A stretch of DNA of 64,000 nucleotides from Eledone cirrhosa (taxonomy: Eukaryota): contig OZ024749.1 in assembly GCA_964016885.1 (NCBI GenBank), positions 55,986,001 to 56,050,000 of the forward strand, given 5' to 3'. A program made the position numbers and the translations under genes. The notes beneath the pieces are model-generated. The model ran no database searches and was not told the DNA's origin. It saw nothing but the letters and a program-made list of their open reading frames with translations. Shown here piece by piece: positions 27,366 to 42,202 of this stretch (the stretch's first letter is position 1; each line of letters opens with the position of its first letter).

Positions 27366-27477
27366 CAGGGTAACCCCTCCCCCTATATATATATATATAT
27401 ACACACTTCAACATCATTCTAATAAATATATCCTGTACAGGTAATCAAAGTATGTATACATTTTTTGGGACACGCTG
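27366..27477. mobile_element. MITE (CAGGGTG-terminal family), degraded copy
   Basis: TA-CAGGGT...TGTATACATTTTTTGGGACACGCTG-TA. Internal sequence is shared with 58952-59052. Confidence 0.65.
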
Positions 27478-27508
<31 letters not shown>

Positions 27509-27595
27509 CCATATGTCATTGACGGATGAGAGAAAAGAGTACTCAATATCGAACTAGAGTTCTTGTTTGATGACCCTGTGATAGCGTCTATATTA

Positions 27596-27655
<60 letters not shown>

Positions 27656-27733
27656 ATATATATATATATATATAAACATATATATATATATATATATATA
27701 TAAACATATATATATATATATATATATATAAAC

Positions 27734-27808
<75 letters not shown>

Positions 27809-27901
27809 CATATATATATACATATATATATATACATATATATATACATATATATATATACATATATATATACATATATATATATATACATATATATATA
27901 C

Positions 27902-28145
<244 letters not shown>

Positions 28146-28439
28146 CATATATATATATATATCCGCTTTAATAAATACATATAAACAGAATCACACATTT
28201 AATACGCATTCTTAAACAAATACATCAAATGTTTATCTATTATATATATACTCCCATACACAGGCACGTATCTAAATACACACACACACACACATCTAAA
28301 TACACACACACACACATACATATATTTATATGCAAGCATGTATAAATGAGTGCATATGTATATTAACACATACACAGAAACGTTCAACACACAAATATAT
28401 ACGCACACACCCACACACATATAACCTCATTTAACTCGC

Positions 28440-28497
<58 letters not shown>

Positions 28498-29022
28498 TAC
28501 AGCGTATGGACATTTAGTGTGTTCAAACATTTATGTGGTGTGTATATAAACATGCATGTGTAAATGTTTGTATTTGTGTGTGTGTGTGTCTGTGCGCGCG
28601 CAGTGAAGTGTAGAGAAACTTTATAAAAGCGATGAAGCAATTCGGAAAAATCATCAAAGCAAAACACTAAACACATTAACACAACCACCCTCACCATCAC
28701 CGCCACCACCGCCATCACCACCACCACCCTTACCATCAACGCCATCACCCCCACCCTCACCAGCACAAGCCTCCACCCCACCACCATAGTATTTAAAACA
28801 TTCAAACACTAACTGAATGAGCACTCAATACGTGTAGGTAGGGTGTAAATTGTATTTCCCTAGTAGAAAAGTCGCTGTGACTTCTAAGTTCAGGCTACTC
28901 CCTTAATCTATACACATTCTATTGTCTGATGTCGTTAGCCGATCATAGAAATACGTATTTTATGTGAATATGAAAAAAATTCAATGGAAGATATTGGCAT
29001 CCGACCTGCTTCTATATTCATT

Positions 29023-29069
<47 letters not shown>

Positions 29070-29132
29070 TTATACACACACATATTTACATATGTATATA
29101 TATATACATATACACACACATATCTACATATG

Positions 29133-29164
<32 letters not shown>

Positions 29165-29204
29165 TATACATATCTACATATGTATATCTATATATATACA
29201 CACA

Positions 29205-29281
29205 CAGGGTGACCCCCAAAATGTATACACGCTTCAACAGCTTTCTAATAAATGAGTATATACATTTTTCGGGCCACCCTA
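29205..29281. mobile_element. MITE (CAGGGTG-terminal family), 77 bp
   Basis: TIRs CAGGGTGACCCCCAAAATGTATAC / ATATACATTTTTCGGGCCACCCT. Confidence 0.75.
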
Positions 29282-29790
29282 TATATATATATATATATAG
29301 AAGAGGTTGTAGTTCGAGCCACGAACTCTGCGGTTTCATTTTGTGTTCTCTACTATCCTGAGCATCGAGTACTTTGCTGAATAATAGTGTTACTAGTTTA
29401 AAATTGTTAAAATCCCCCCCCCCCCCCCCCACACACATTATACCTACAAACCTACCTGCGTACAAATACAATATAAAACGAGTTACAACAACCGTCTCAA
29501 GGAGATCACTCCAAACATATTTATGATGGGTATTTTTTCTTATGTTGTAAGTCGTAGGAATATTTCTGGAATATATCTAGCGAGTGTGTTTACATTGTCG
29601 TCTTGGCTATAATTTAACAATAACATCACTAGGACATATAGACGTCATCCAACTGACAAAGTATTGAAAGAACTTTATATAGGAAACAATAATAAAGCAA
29701 ATACCGACAATTACATACATTGAGTCATATAGAAACCGAGGTTGGTGTGTGGAGATTTTTATTCACATGTTCATCATATATATATATATA

Positions 29791-29830
<40 letters not shown>

Positions 29831-30369
29831 CTCATATGTGCAAATATAAATACATAAACATATGCATTCCTGCACACATACATAGACACACACTCATACA
29901 CACACACATATATATGTATATATATATACACGTATTTAATATGTATGATGATCGAGACCAACTTAGCTTCATTCTTTTATTTATGCGTCTAAACATCTAA
30001 ACACCAGAACATAACTGGTACTCCTAAATTTCATTTCCAATCTCAATCTGAATAACAACGTCATCAACGGCATTTGAAATCTTCTTGGTTTTTTCCCTTA
30101 AAGTTTGTTCAGCTGGGTTTTTCCCTGAGACATTCTAACTCTATTCTACATTTTCTAACACGCATCCCTTTACACTAAGCCATTCCCTCCTACCTCACGA
30201 AGCCCCCCCCCCCACACACACACACACTAAGCCTCTCCCTCCCAATCTGTCCAGTCTTCACCCTTCCTCACTACTATATTGGTTAACATGCTAACCACAT
30301 CTGTGTAAACTTAGCAATGATAAAAATGCAATATTTCAACGATTCTTTAAGCAACGTCATATACCAACA

Positions 30370-30423
<54 letters not shown>

Positions 30424-30444
30424 GTCTCTATTGATGTATTTGTA

Positions 30445-30480
<36 letters not shown>

Positions 30481-31136
30481 ATCTATGTATATTTATATAT
30501 ATATTCTAATTATATATATATGTAAATAGATTTTATATATATATATATATATATATATCTGTGATGCATGTATGTAAATTACAAATGACGAAATTAATAA
30601 AATAATGAAAACAAGATACACCTGCACCAAAAAGTAAGGTGTTGCCGCAAACATCAAAGGTTTCTCTCCCCCCTCCCCACCTGCTCCACACCTTGCTTTG
30701 TTTTTTGGGGGGTATTTTTGTTGTCGTTTTGTTATCAGTTTTATGTGGAATCTACCCCAGTGCCAATCAAAGCAAGACCAATGGTAATGTCTCATATTTG
30801 CACCACACACACACACACAACCACACACACAACTACACACACACACACAACTACACACACACACACAACTACACACACACACACAACTACAACCACACAC
30901 ACAACTACACACACACATGTACATATATATATATATATATACATATACTTATATATACATAATATGCAGTTATCTTATATGTAACATTGCAATATATGTT
31001 TGTGTGTATAAATATGTGTATGTGCTTATGTAAATACATACACTGGCACATACATATATGTACATACATACGTACAGATGCATTTGGGTATATATATATA
31101 TATATATATATATGATTACACATGGAAACTCATGCC

Positions 31137-31184
<48 letters not shown>

Positions 31185-31296
31185 CATGTACATATATGTA
31201 CATGTATGTATATATATATGGATGAGAAGAGATCAAAAGGTGGTGAATATTCTAATTACAAAGAATAAAAGCCATACTGCCGCTACTACTACTACA

Positions 31297-31334
<38 letters not shown>

Positions 31335-32139
31335 CACTACCAAACTACCACCACACCACCACCACCACACCACCACCACTACTACCACTACCAAACTACC
31401 ACCACCACTACCAAAATGCCACCACCACACTATCACTACTACTACAACTACTACTACTACCACTACTACTACTACTACCACTACCAAACTACCACCACAC
31501 CACCACCACCACACCACCACCACTACTACCACTACCAAACTACCACCACCACTACCAAAATGCCACCACCACACTATCACTACTACTACAACTACCACCA
31601 CCACCTCTACTACCGCTAGGAAACTACATCACCACCACCATTATCACACTACCACCCCCACACTACCAATCAGTAGCGCTACTAACACCACCACCACTAC
31701 CAATAATATATGTAACACCATACCACATCACTTCCATCATCAATCACGTCATCAACCACCACCATGTCAATCACAGCCACCACCGCCACCAATACTATAA
31801 ATACCACTACTCCACCCACATGACCCACCACCACCACCACCACCACCACCACCAATACTACGAACACAACTGTCATCATCTATCATGTTACTCACCATCA
31901 CCCCACCCCACAAATATCAACACAACCCCACCGCCATCACTACTGACATTAACAAAATCACCGTCAACACCCCACCCCAAGCCACCACCGCCCTCACTAT
32001 GTCAGCTACAACTAACAACAACAAGAACACGATTACGAACCCACCTCCTTCCCCACCGCCAATACATACACCACCACCGCCATCAACAACATGCTACTAC
32101 CACTAACACAGCTACTACCACTAATACCATTAACACTGA

Positions 32140-32348
32140 TTTAGACACAAGGCCAACCAGTTTGGGATGAGGGGAATGTCGATTAAATCGACCCAGTATC
32201 TTACTGGTACTTTGTGTTATCAACCCCAGTAAGGATGAAAGTCAAAGAGAACTCCGGCGGGATTTGAACTCAGGACGTAAAGGGACGTGACTATATACCA
32301 CAAAATGTGTTGTCTGACGCTCTACTGATTCCGCCAATTCACCAACCT
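32140..32348 (-). mobile_element. tRNA-derived SINE, family A
   Basis: CACAAGGCCA...ACTGGTACTT...GGATGAAAG...GGCGGGATTTGAACTC...GCCAATTCACC. Confidence 0.85.
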
Positions 32349-32454
32349 TACCATCACTATCAATAACAAGGTTCCACTCACTATATACGGTCACTTGACA
32401 TTCTAGAAAGAACTACCAAAACATCCTCAAATCACACCTTATTGTCTTTAATAT

Positions 32455-32519
32455 ATTAATTTAACGCTTGATATAGTAGGAAAAGTCTCATAACGTTTCG
32501 GACAACGGTCCTTCATCAA
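32455..32519 (-). ncRNA. Minimal hammerhead motif remnant (Penelope-type terminal repeat)
   Basis: The minus strand reads (T)TGATGA-AGGAC-CGTT-GTCC-GAAAC-GTT...CTACTATATCAAGCGTTAAA. It is homologous to 34778; the first core C is lost at the (TA) junction. Confidence 0.65.
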
Positions 32520-32892
32520 TATATATAGGGAGGGAAAGAGAGTAAATAGTACAAAATCAAAATAGTGAGGAAACAGTGGAGTAGGTATAGTCTTTGAGAA
32601 GGTCACAGTATGTGTGACGATGAACTAACCAAACCTTGGAATGGATTAGTGACCAGATTATAATAAAACTAAAGTGAAACTGTTTACATTGGCAACATGA
32701 CCCTACCCCACAGAATAACAAAATCTGTTTCTACACAGGATTTCTCATCAAGGATCTTGGAAAACAAATACAAAATCGAAATATATATATATATATATTA
32801 GTAATAATAATAAATGTGAAGACTAAAATCCAAAGAGGGCTCGATAAGGATGAATATTTATAAAATATATAAGATCCCTAGAGCAAATATTG

Positions 32893-32997
32893 ATTAAAAT
32901 AGCAGATTAAAGTTTAAGCAAAGTATCGCTGCTTTCAGAAGATCCCGTTAAGGGTGAAAGCAGCGATTCTTTGCTTATACTTTAATCTGTTATTTTA

Positions 32998-32999
<2 letters not shown>
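32893..32999. repeat. 45-bp-arm inverted duplication inside a dispersed repeat
   Basis: Arms 32893-32937 and 32955-32999 with ~3 mismatches and a 17-nt loop. A non-duplicated homolog lies on the minus strand at ~34471-34590. Confidence 0.88.
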
Positions 33000-33041
<42 letters not shown>

Positions 33042-33173
33042 CGAGAGAGGACGGGAGAGAGGGGGGTGGACAGGAATAAAAGAGCACTCAACGTGTGGTG
33101 TTTAAATATTTGAATTAGTGTTTCACAAAAAAAAAAAACTCACCTCATCGTTTGGGCGCTCAATACGGAATTT

Positions 33174-33204
<31 letters not shown>

Positions 33205-33276
33205 CGTGTGTATATATATACACACACACGTGTATGTATGTATGTGTTTATATATATATGTATGTGTATGCGTGTG

Positions 33277-33334
<58 letters not shown>

Positions 33335-33831
33335 TACATATTTGCACACACAGTCATATATGTATATGTATATGTATATATATATATATGTATATATAGA
33401 GAGAGAGATAGTGAGACTGAGTAGTGAAAGCAACAACTGGACATTGTCATAAGTTAGTCACTGAACTAATCATATAGTCATTAACTGGGGGAGGCGGAGA
33501 GGTGGGGCGTGGAGATTGCACTGACAGGAAATCAACTTCTCTACACCCATAACACCACCACCTCATACATAGATACATAACATACACACACATATATATA
33601 CACACATATATATACACACATATTTAGAGATACACACACGTACACATATATACACATACCGACATGCATGCTCAGTTCTCTCTCTCTCTCTTTCTCTCTC
33701 TTTCTCTATCTCTCTCACATACACTTACATACTAACTCTCATCATACATTGACAAACAGCCACACACATGCATACATATATAGAAGCACACACATACACA
33801 AGCACACATAGATATATATACAGAAGTACAC

Positions 33832-33867
<36 letters not shown>

Positions 33868-33969
33868 GCACACACACATAAATATATATATACACAAGCA
33901 CACACCCATAAATATATATTTATATACACAAGCACACGCAAACACACACACGGACACACACAGGTACAC

Positions 33970-34005
<36 letters not shown>

Positions 34006-34374
34006 AATCTGAATGACATCAGTTTTGAAAGACACCAATAAACATATTTTCACAATACAGTGAAAACATGTAAACACGTGGAGCTAAACATGTGTATTTG
34101 TGGTGTTGATAGTCACATGACTTACACATACATACATAGAAACACACTCACATATAAACACACATACACACAGCAGCCGATGGTAACTCCTTTTTCCGTC
34201 TTTAAGGGTCCTCACTTTATTTTATAAGCTGTGCTTTAGCATCTCCGTGCCTGAGCACACCACCCTTGATATATATACAAAGCGTGTAACCGAGACTGCA
34301 CCAACGTGTGTATATATATATATACCCATATCTAATATGTAGGCAAGTAAATATACCAGAAAGTTAGAATTTCC

Positions 34375-34451
34375 CTGTATGTCGAAAAAATTGTATATGC
34401 ACTTTAACAACATTCTAATAAAAGTATGTATACATTTTTTGGGACACCCTG
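34375..34451. mobile_element. MITE (CAGGGTG-terminal family), left TIR degraded
   Basis: Right end TGTATACATTTTTTGGGACACCCTG. The internal TTCTAATAAA is shared with the other copies. Confidence 0.65.
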
Positions 34452-34777
34452 TGTATATATTTATTATTAGTACAGATTAAAGTGTAAGCAAAGAATTTCT
34501 GCTTTCACCTTATACGGGATCTTCTGAAACTCAATATATATACAGTCCTTATCGAGCCCTCTTCGGATTTTGGTCTTTGCATTTATGATTGTTATATATA
34601 TATGTGTGTGTGTGTGTGTGTTACAGACATACACACTCACTCATTGTACATTCATATTCAACGTATACCCACATTCATAATCGATCACTTTCACATCGAA
34701 CCAGTGGCTTACTGAAGACATATATATCTTTTCTCAAAAAACCTTTTACGTTTCATCCTCTTTTTCTTCTCTATCTT

Positions 34778-34840
34778 CTGATGAAGGACTGGTGTCCGAA
34801 ACGTAAACACTCTTGTCTTACTATATCAAGCGTGAAACAT
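34778..34840 (+). ncRNA. Minimal hammerhead ribozyme motif (Penelope-type)
   Basis: CTGATGA-AGGAC-TGGT-GTCC-GAAAC-GTA with palindromic ACGT stem III, followed by the family motif CAAGCGTGAAAC. Stem I pairing is not evident. Confidence 0.7.
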
Positions 34841-35059
34841 ACATGTCTTCATTGTACGGTGTTGTACTCTTTCTTTGTTTCTGTTTACTTTTCACATGTC
34901 TTATGCTACGGCCATGATGCAGCACATGGTGGACTATTGTGTCACCAAATAGTTTCTCTCTAGAATCTTCTCTGTAGAATTATGAAGAATATTTTCTTCA
35001 TTTCCGTCCAATTCCTTTATTGATTCTTCTATTTTTCGTTTACACTCATTCAGTTGTTA

Positions 35060-35822
35060 ATTTCTCTCTCTTCCTTCCCTCTCTTCCTTCTCTCTCTTTC
35101 TTCCTTCTCTTCCTTCTCCCTCTTCCTTCTCTCTCTTCCTTCTCTCTCTTTCTTCCTTATCTTCCTTCTCTCTCTTTCTTCCTTCTCTTTCTTCCTTCTC
35201 TCTCTTCCTTCTCTCTCTTCCTTCTCTTTCTTCCTTCTCTCTCTTCCTTCTCTTTCTTCCTTCTCTTTCTTCCTTCTCTCTCTTCCTTCTCTCTCTTTCT
35301 TCTCTCTCTTTCTTCTCTCTCTTTCTTCTCTCTCCCTTCTCTCTCTTTCTTCCTTCTCTTTCTTCCTTCTCTTTCTTCCTTCTCATTCTTCCTTCTCTTT
35401 CTTCCTTCTCTCTCTCTCTTCTCTCTCCCTTCTCTCTCTCCCTTCCTTCTCTCTCTCCCTTCTCTCTCTCCCTTCTCTCTCTTTCTTCCTTCTCTCTCTC
35501 CCTTCTCTCTCTTTCTTCCTTCCTTCTCTCTTTCTTTCTTCTCTCTCTCTCTTCCTTCTCTCTTTCTTTCTTCTCTCTCTCTTCCTTCTCTTTCTTCCTT
35601 CTCTTTCTTCCTTCTCTTTCTTCCTTCTCTCTCTTCCTTCTCTCTCTTCATTCTCTCTCTTCCTTCTCTCTCTTCCTTCTCTTCCTTCCTTCTCTCTCTT
35701 CCTTCTCTTTCTTCCTTCTCTTTCTTCCTTCTCTTTCTTCCTTCTCTTTCTTCCTTCTCTTTCTTCCTTCTCTTCCTTCTCTTTCTTCCTTCTCTTTCTT
35801 CCTTCTCTTTCTTTCTTCTCTC
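35060..35822. repeat. Pure pyrimidine (CT/CTT) tract
   Basis: ~760 bp almost entirely C/T on the + strand. Confidence 0.95.
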
Positions 35823-36443
35823 TATATTCCTCCTCCATTTCACCATCATCATCATCACCATCATCATCACCATCATCATTACCGACGTCATCATCGTCGT
35901 CATTACCGTTGTCTTCGTCACCACCACCATCATCATCATCATCGTCGTTATCAGCGACATCATCACCATCATCATCATTAATGTTATCACCATCACCATC
36001 ATCACAGTTATCGTCATTATCATCATCATCGTTAATTTCTTTTAGATTTTCTAGTTGTTGTCACCACTGTTGTTGTTGTTGTTGTTGTTGTTGTTGTATT
36101 TTCTGCAGAGTTTCGTATATTTGCTTTCTGTCTTGTTTTCATTTCCCCTCCAAAATGTGTGAGGGGTGGGGTGTGAGGGGTGAGGGGTGTGGGTGTGTTG
36201 GGGTGTGGGTGTGTTGGTGTGAGGAGTGAGTCAACAACAACATCTAGTACACCTCTACAATCATCAACACAACAGTAACAACAACTGGTAGCAGTTGTGG
36301 TGAAGGTATTGGTGGTAATAACAGTAATAGTGGTGGTGGTGGTGGTTATCGTAGTAGTAATAGTTGTTGTTGTTATAGTAGTGGTAATAGTACTAGTAGT
36401 AGTAGTTGTTGTGGTAGTGGTGATGGTGGTGGTAGTAGTAGTG

Positions 36444-36481
<38 letters not shown>

Positions 36482-36987
36482 GGTAGTAGTAGTAAGAAAC
36501 ACAATAGAATCATTAAGGCAGTTCCAAGACAATTGGCCTCTTATATCTGAAGAATTCGGACATGTCTTAGTCACCCTCTCACAAACACACCCACATAGCC
36601 ACACATAGCCACACACATAGCTACACCCACATAGCCGCACATAGCCACACACATAGCTACACACACAGCTACACACACGTAGCTACACACATAGCCACAC
36701 ACATAGCCACACACATATCCACACACACACATGCTCACACACACACACACACACACTCACACATATTCACACGCACACATGCACACATACACATGCATAC
36801 AGACGGACAGACACACGCACATTCAGAGAGAAAGATATATATACAAAAAATAAAATACTCCCCCCCCCCACACACACACATTTAAAAATACACGTACACA
36901 TACACACCTATTCACAGGCACACCAACCCTTCCCCGCACACACATATATATTTACACAAGCACATACATAAACATACACACTTACAC

Positions 36988-37616
36988 TAAGAAATATGTA
37001 TACATATATACACACTTATACTAAGAAATATGTATACATATATATACACACATACACAAGAAATATGTATACATATATACACACACATACACAAGACATG
37101 TGTATACATATATACACACACATACACAAGAAATATGTATACATATATATACACACACATACACAAGACATGTGTATACATATATACACACATACACAAG
37201 AAATATGTATACATATATATACACACACATACACAAGAAATATGTATACATATATACACACACATACACAAGACATATGTATACATATATATACACACAC
37301 ATACACAAGACATGTGTATACATATATACACACACATACACAAGAAATATGTATACATATATATACACACACATACACAAGACATGTGTATACATATATA
37401 CACACATACACAAGAAATATGTATACATATATACACACACATACACAAGACATATGTATACATATATATACACACACATACACAAGACATGTGTATACAT
37501 ATATACACACACATACACAAGAAATATGTATACATATATATACACACACATACACAAGACATGTGTATACATATATACACACACATACACAAGACATGTG
37601 TATACATATATACACA
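36988..37616. repeat. 33-37-bp minisatellite (CAAGA(A/C)AT(A/G)TGTATACATATATACACACACATACA)
   Basis: Regular CAAGA anchors between TA/CA runs. Confidence 0.92.
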
Positions 37617-37988
37617 ATTTCTTAACTTTTCTGCTCTTCATTTTCATCCATGATTCTTTCTTTCTTTCTTTCCTCCCTTCCTTCCTCCTCTCCTCCCACC
37701 TCTCCTCTCATCTCCCCCCATTGTCCCCCTCCACTCCTCTGTTCTCAATCAACAACCAATCGTATTTTTTTACATTGAACACAACAGATAATACGATCTC
37801 CCGTCACCCCCACACACATAAACACACACACACATAAACACATATACATACACACACATACACACACATAAACACACATACAGTGCCATATGTATGTATA
37901 GGTATTTCTCTCTCTACCTATATAAATACTTAAACACACATATACGCACATACATACTCATATGTATGTATATGAACGTCTCTCTCTC

Positions 37989-38064
<76 letters not shown>

Positions 38065-38282
38065 GATTCCTGATGAAGGAATTCAAGGAAATTAGATCTT
38101 TGAGTATGTAAGGTCTGAGATTTCAGTGAAAGGATCCGGTAACCATAATTTTGGAGTTTGTGGAGGTCAAAGGTTTAGGGCCCGGAGATTTAGGGGTCGA
38201 GTCTGCGGGTTAAAGGTTGGCCTTCTCTTGAAAAGTTCCTAACATCAGGAATAGGCGAAGCATTGCAAATATATTCTGTATA

Positions 38283-38332
<50 letters not shown>

Positions 38333-38812
38333 CGTATGTGTGTGTGTGTATGTATATATACGTGTGTATGTGTATGTATATATACGTATGTGTGTGTGTG
38401 TGTATGTATATATACGTGTGTATGTGTATGTATATATACGTATGTGTGTGTGTGTGTATGTATATATACGTATGTGTGTGTGTGTGTGTATGGAAGAGCG
38501 CAAGTATACTTATGTATACTTATGTATTATATATATACATACATACTTATGTATGTCTATGTATATCTATCTATCTATATATATATATATGTGAATATAC
38601 ATAGACATATGTATTCACACACACATATACTTGTAATTATGTATATATACATACATACAAACAGGCACAATACGTTATAAATATACGTATGTATATCGGT
38701 ATATATGCGTGTTGTATACACACACACACACACACACACATATTGTAATATATACATTTATATATATATATATTTTATTATAGTAATAATAATAAATGCG
38801 AAGACTAAAATC

Positions 38813-38865
<53 letters not shown>

Positions 38866-39199
38866 TGCGTATTTGTGTTCATGTGTAGGCCATTGAACAG
38901 GTTGGTGTATGTTTAGGAAACGATGACTAAAAGCTGGAATGTTGATAATATGGTTTACGTAAATAGATGTCTTGAAGTCATTATATGTCCATACACCAGC
39001 TATGTTACTGTGTCTGTACTGGTTAAGTTTACAAGATACACACACACACAGAAATACATATACACGCATACATACACAGAGACGCATACGCACAGACACA
39101 TATATGCATTCATATACGTACTTACATATATAGGTACGTACACACACACACACACATATACATATATATGTGTGTATACATTCATACACCCACCCATAC

Positions 39200-39240
<41 letters not shown>

Positions 39241-39661
39241 TATATACATAGCCACGTATTAGCTTATATAAACTCTACCATATATTTATATCTGACTTAT
39301 GTTATATTCAAAATATTGTTTCTCATCGCCTTTTAATGACTGACTAATATTTCCATTCTTCCGACAACACAGGGGACAATTCTAGATATGTTTCACCCCT
39401 GTCTTTGTCCCCCTTCTCATCCCCCTCACCCGCCCGCTCTCTTTTCCAAACTTTCAAGTGTACTTACTGTACATGGTTACTTTCAACTTTCACACTGCGA
39501 GGTCTTTAAGTAATTATATGGGGCTGTATGTCTTATATAGTTATATATACACCATGACTGTTTACGAACTGTTTGAACCTTTATATATATACACACACAC
39601 ATATATATATATATATATATCCCTCACACCCCCTCGAACTCTTTTCCTTCCTATCTTTCTC

Positions 39662-39726
39662 CTGATGAAGGGCTTAATCCCAAACGTCCCCCCACCCCTT
39701 CACACTCTCAAGCGTGAACCTAATAC
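39662..39726 (+). ncRNA. Mutated minimal hammerhead motif (same family as 34778)
   Basis: CTGATGA-AGGGCTTAATCC-CAAAC-GTC (GAAA changed to CAAA), then CAAGCGTGAACCTAATA. Confidence 0.55.
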
Positions 39727-39727
39727 C

Positions 39728-40556
39728 ATCAGATGTGTCTCAGACGGATCCATGGCGTTCACTGGAAGGACCACATCAGTGATATCGAGATTTTGGAAAG
39801 CTCTATGTGTGACAGTATAGAAGCTCTTGTGCTTAAGCAACAACTCCGTTGGAGTGGTCACCTTGCCAGGATGAAGGATTCTAGAATACCAAAACAACTC
39901 TTTTATGAAGAGTTAGTTAAAGGAAAACGACCGCCACATAAACCAAAAGAGGTATAAGGATTCCTTGAAAGCCTCTTTGAAAGACGCTAACATCTCTGCT
40001 GATACATGGGAAAATATTGCTCCTGATCGTAATAAATGGAGAAAGACTGTATATACGGGAAAAGTTGCCTTTGAGGCATCTCGAATCGCATACGGGAAAG
40101 TAAAGCGGGATATGAGGAAGGGCATTGCTGTTGCACTTCCAGACGGAGAGGGTTCTCCTATGGTGCTGACATGCAGCGTCTGTGCGAGACTCTGCCTAAG
40201 CAAAGTCATCTTCGCAGTCATAAAGTAAGACCAGTGGTTGACTACCAGGCTGCTGTTGGAGATGCTACTCATCATGCTTGGCAAGCATGTGGTAGAGAAT
40301 GTAAATCAGCAGGAGGGCTCAAACGACATGCAAAAGTACACGAACTCCAACCACTGCCGGCTATTCCCAGTGAATGTTTTGGTTGCCAACTCTGTGCAAG
40401 ACATTTTAGATCATTGGCTGGGCTAAAAAGCAACATTCGATCGCAGCGCTGTTAGTTGCTATCGTGTGTGTGTTTGTATAGATGTGTGTATATATATATA
40501 TATATATATGTATATTATTATTGTTGTTGTTGTTATTATTATTATTGTTTTTAATA

Positions 40557-40604
<48 letters not shown>

Positions 40605-40655
40605 ATTTTTTTATCGTGCAATGGCTATACACGATAACGAGGGGGAAGCCATCAT
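39728..40655 (+). mobile_element. 5'-truncated, frameshifted RTE (BovB-like) LINE 3' part with C-terminal C2H2 fingers
   Basis: CLRRIHGVHWKDHISDIEIL...QLRWSGHLARMKDSRIPKQLFYEEL..GKRP..KPK, LK..NI..DTWE..A.DR.KWR, then three C-x2-C-x12-H-like units. The 3' UTR stem-loop lies at 40621-40652. Confidence 0.9.
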
Positions 40656-40671
40656 GTATGTATATATGTAT

Positions 40672-40830
40672 ATGGTGGCTGCCAACTCGTTTTCGAGTAC
40701 GGCCACTAATTTATATCCATGTAGGAAAACTCCTACCGATGCGCTGAACGGGTGTGACTTTTTAGTCCAGCCAACGACTTGAACACTCTGGCACAAACAC
40801 TACACTTGTGACAATTATTGACACATAGTG
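40672..40830 (-). mobile_element. RTE-type LINE 3' end, reverse copy of 5073-5231
   Basis: The reverse complement aligns along its full length with 5073-5231, with few substitutions. Confidence 0.8.
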
Positions 40831-41320
40831 TATGTATGTATGTACATACATACATACATAAATACATAAACACACAGCGACACGGTTAAAATACAGTGTG
40901 TTGGTAAACTTGTAAGTTGTTAAAGGTTTAAGGAACCCTCTAGAAAGATATATCTGTTGGTAAGTGGTTCTTAGACTTTGGTAAGTGTAGTCATGTCGGC
41001 AGCAAGTTACTTTGCATGTCTTCTCCTTAGACTCTTTCAACATGTCTATAATAATTCTAATAAACTAAGTGTTAACATAAGTTGTGTGTGTGTGTGTAAC
41101 AGAAACTGTGTGTATAAGGTATTGTGTGCATGTATGTGTATGCGTTTTAATATATTTAAACATACACACACATTGAGAGATATGTATGTATATGTTTGAG
41201 TATATATATATATATGTGTGTGTATGTATATACAATTTTATATGTATGTGTATTTATATATTCATATATATATATATGTGTATTTATATATATATATACA
41301 TATGTTTATATATATATATA

Positions 41321-41362
<42 letters not shown>

Positions 41363-41379
41363 CGGATATATATACACAT

Positions 41380-41605
41380 ATATATAATGTATATATACGT
41401 ATGTATATATATATATATATATATATACATACACATATATATAATGTATATATACGTATGTATATATATATATATATATAATGTATATATACGTATGTAT
41501 ATATATATATATATAATGTATATATACGTATGTATATATATATATATATATATAATGTATATATACGTATGTATATATATATATATATAATGTATATATA
41601 CGTAT

Positions 41606-41640
<35 letters not shown>

Positions 41641-41642
41641 CG

Positions 41643-41674
<32 letters not shown>

Positions 41675-41711
41675 ATGTATATATACGTATGTATATATAT
41701 ATATATATATA

Positions 41712-41742
<31 letters not shown>

Positions 41743-42168
41743 ATGTATATATACGTATGTATATATATATATATAAATATATATATAATGTATATATACG
41801 TATGTATATATATAAATATATATATAATGTATATATACGTATGTATATATATATATATATATATATAATGTATATATACGTATGTATATATATATATATA
41901 AATATATATATAATGTATATATACGTATGTATATATATATAATGTATATATACGTATGTATATATATATATATATAAATATATATATAATGTATATATAC
42001 GTATGTATATATATATATATATATATATAATGTATATATACGTATGTATAAATATATATATATATAATGTATATATACGTATGTATATACACATATGTAT
42101 ATATATATATATATATATACGTATATATATACACATATATATAATGTATATATATATATATATATATA

Positions 42169-42202
<34 letters not shown>

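Noticed and set aside
35020-36229. 341-391 aa L/S/F-rich and E/R/K-rich ORFs
   Set aside because: They are translations of a polypyrimidine tract and (ATC)n repeats.
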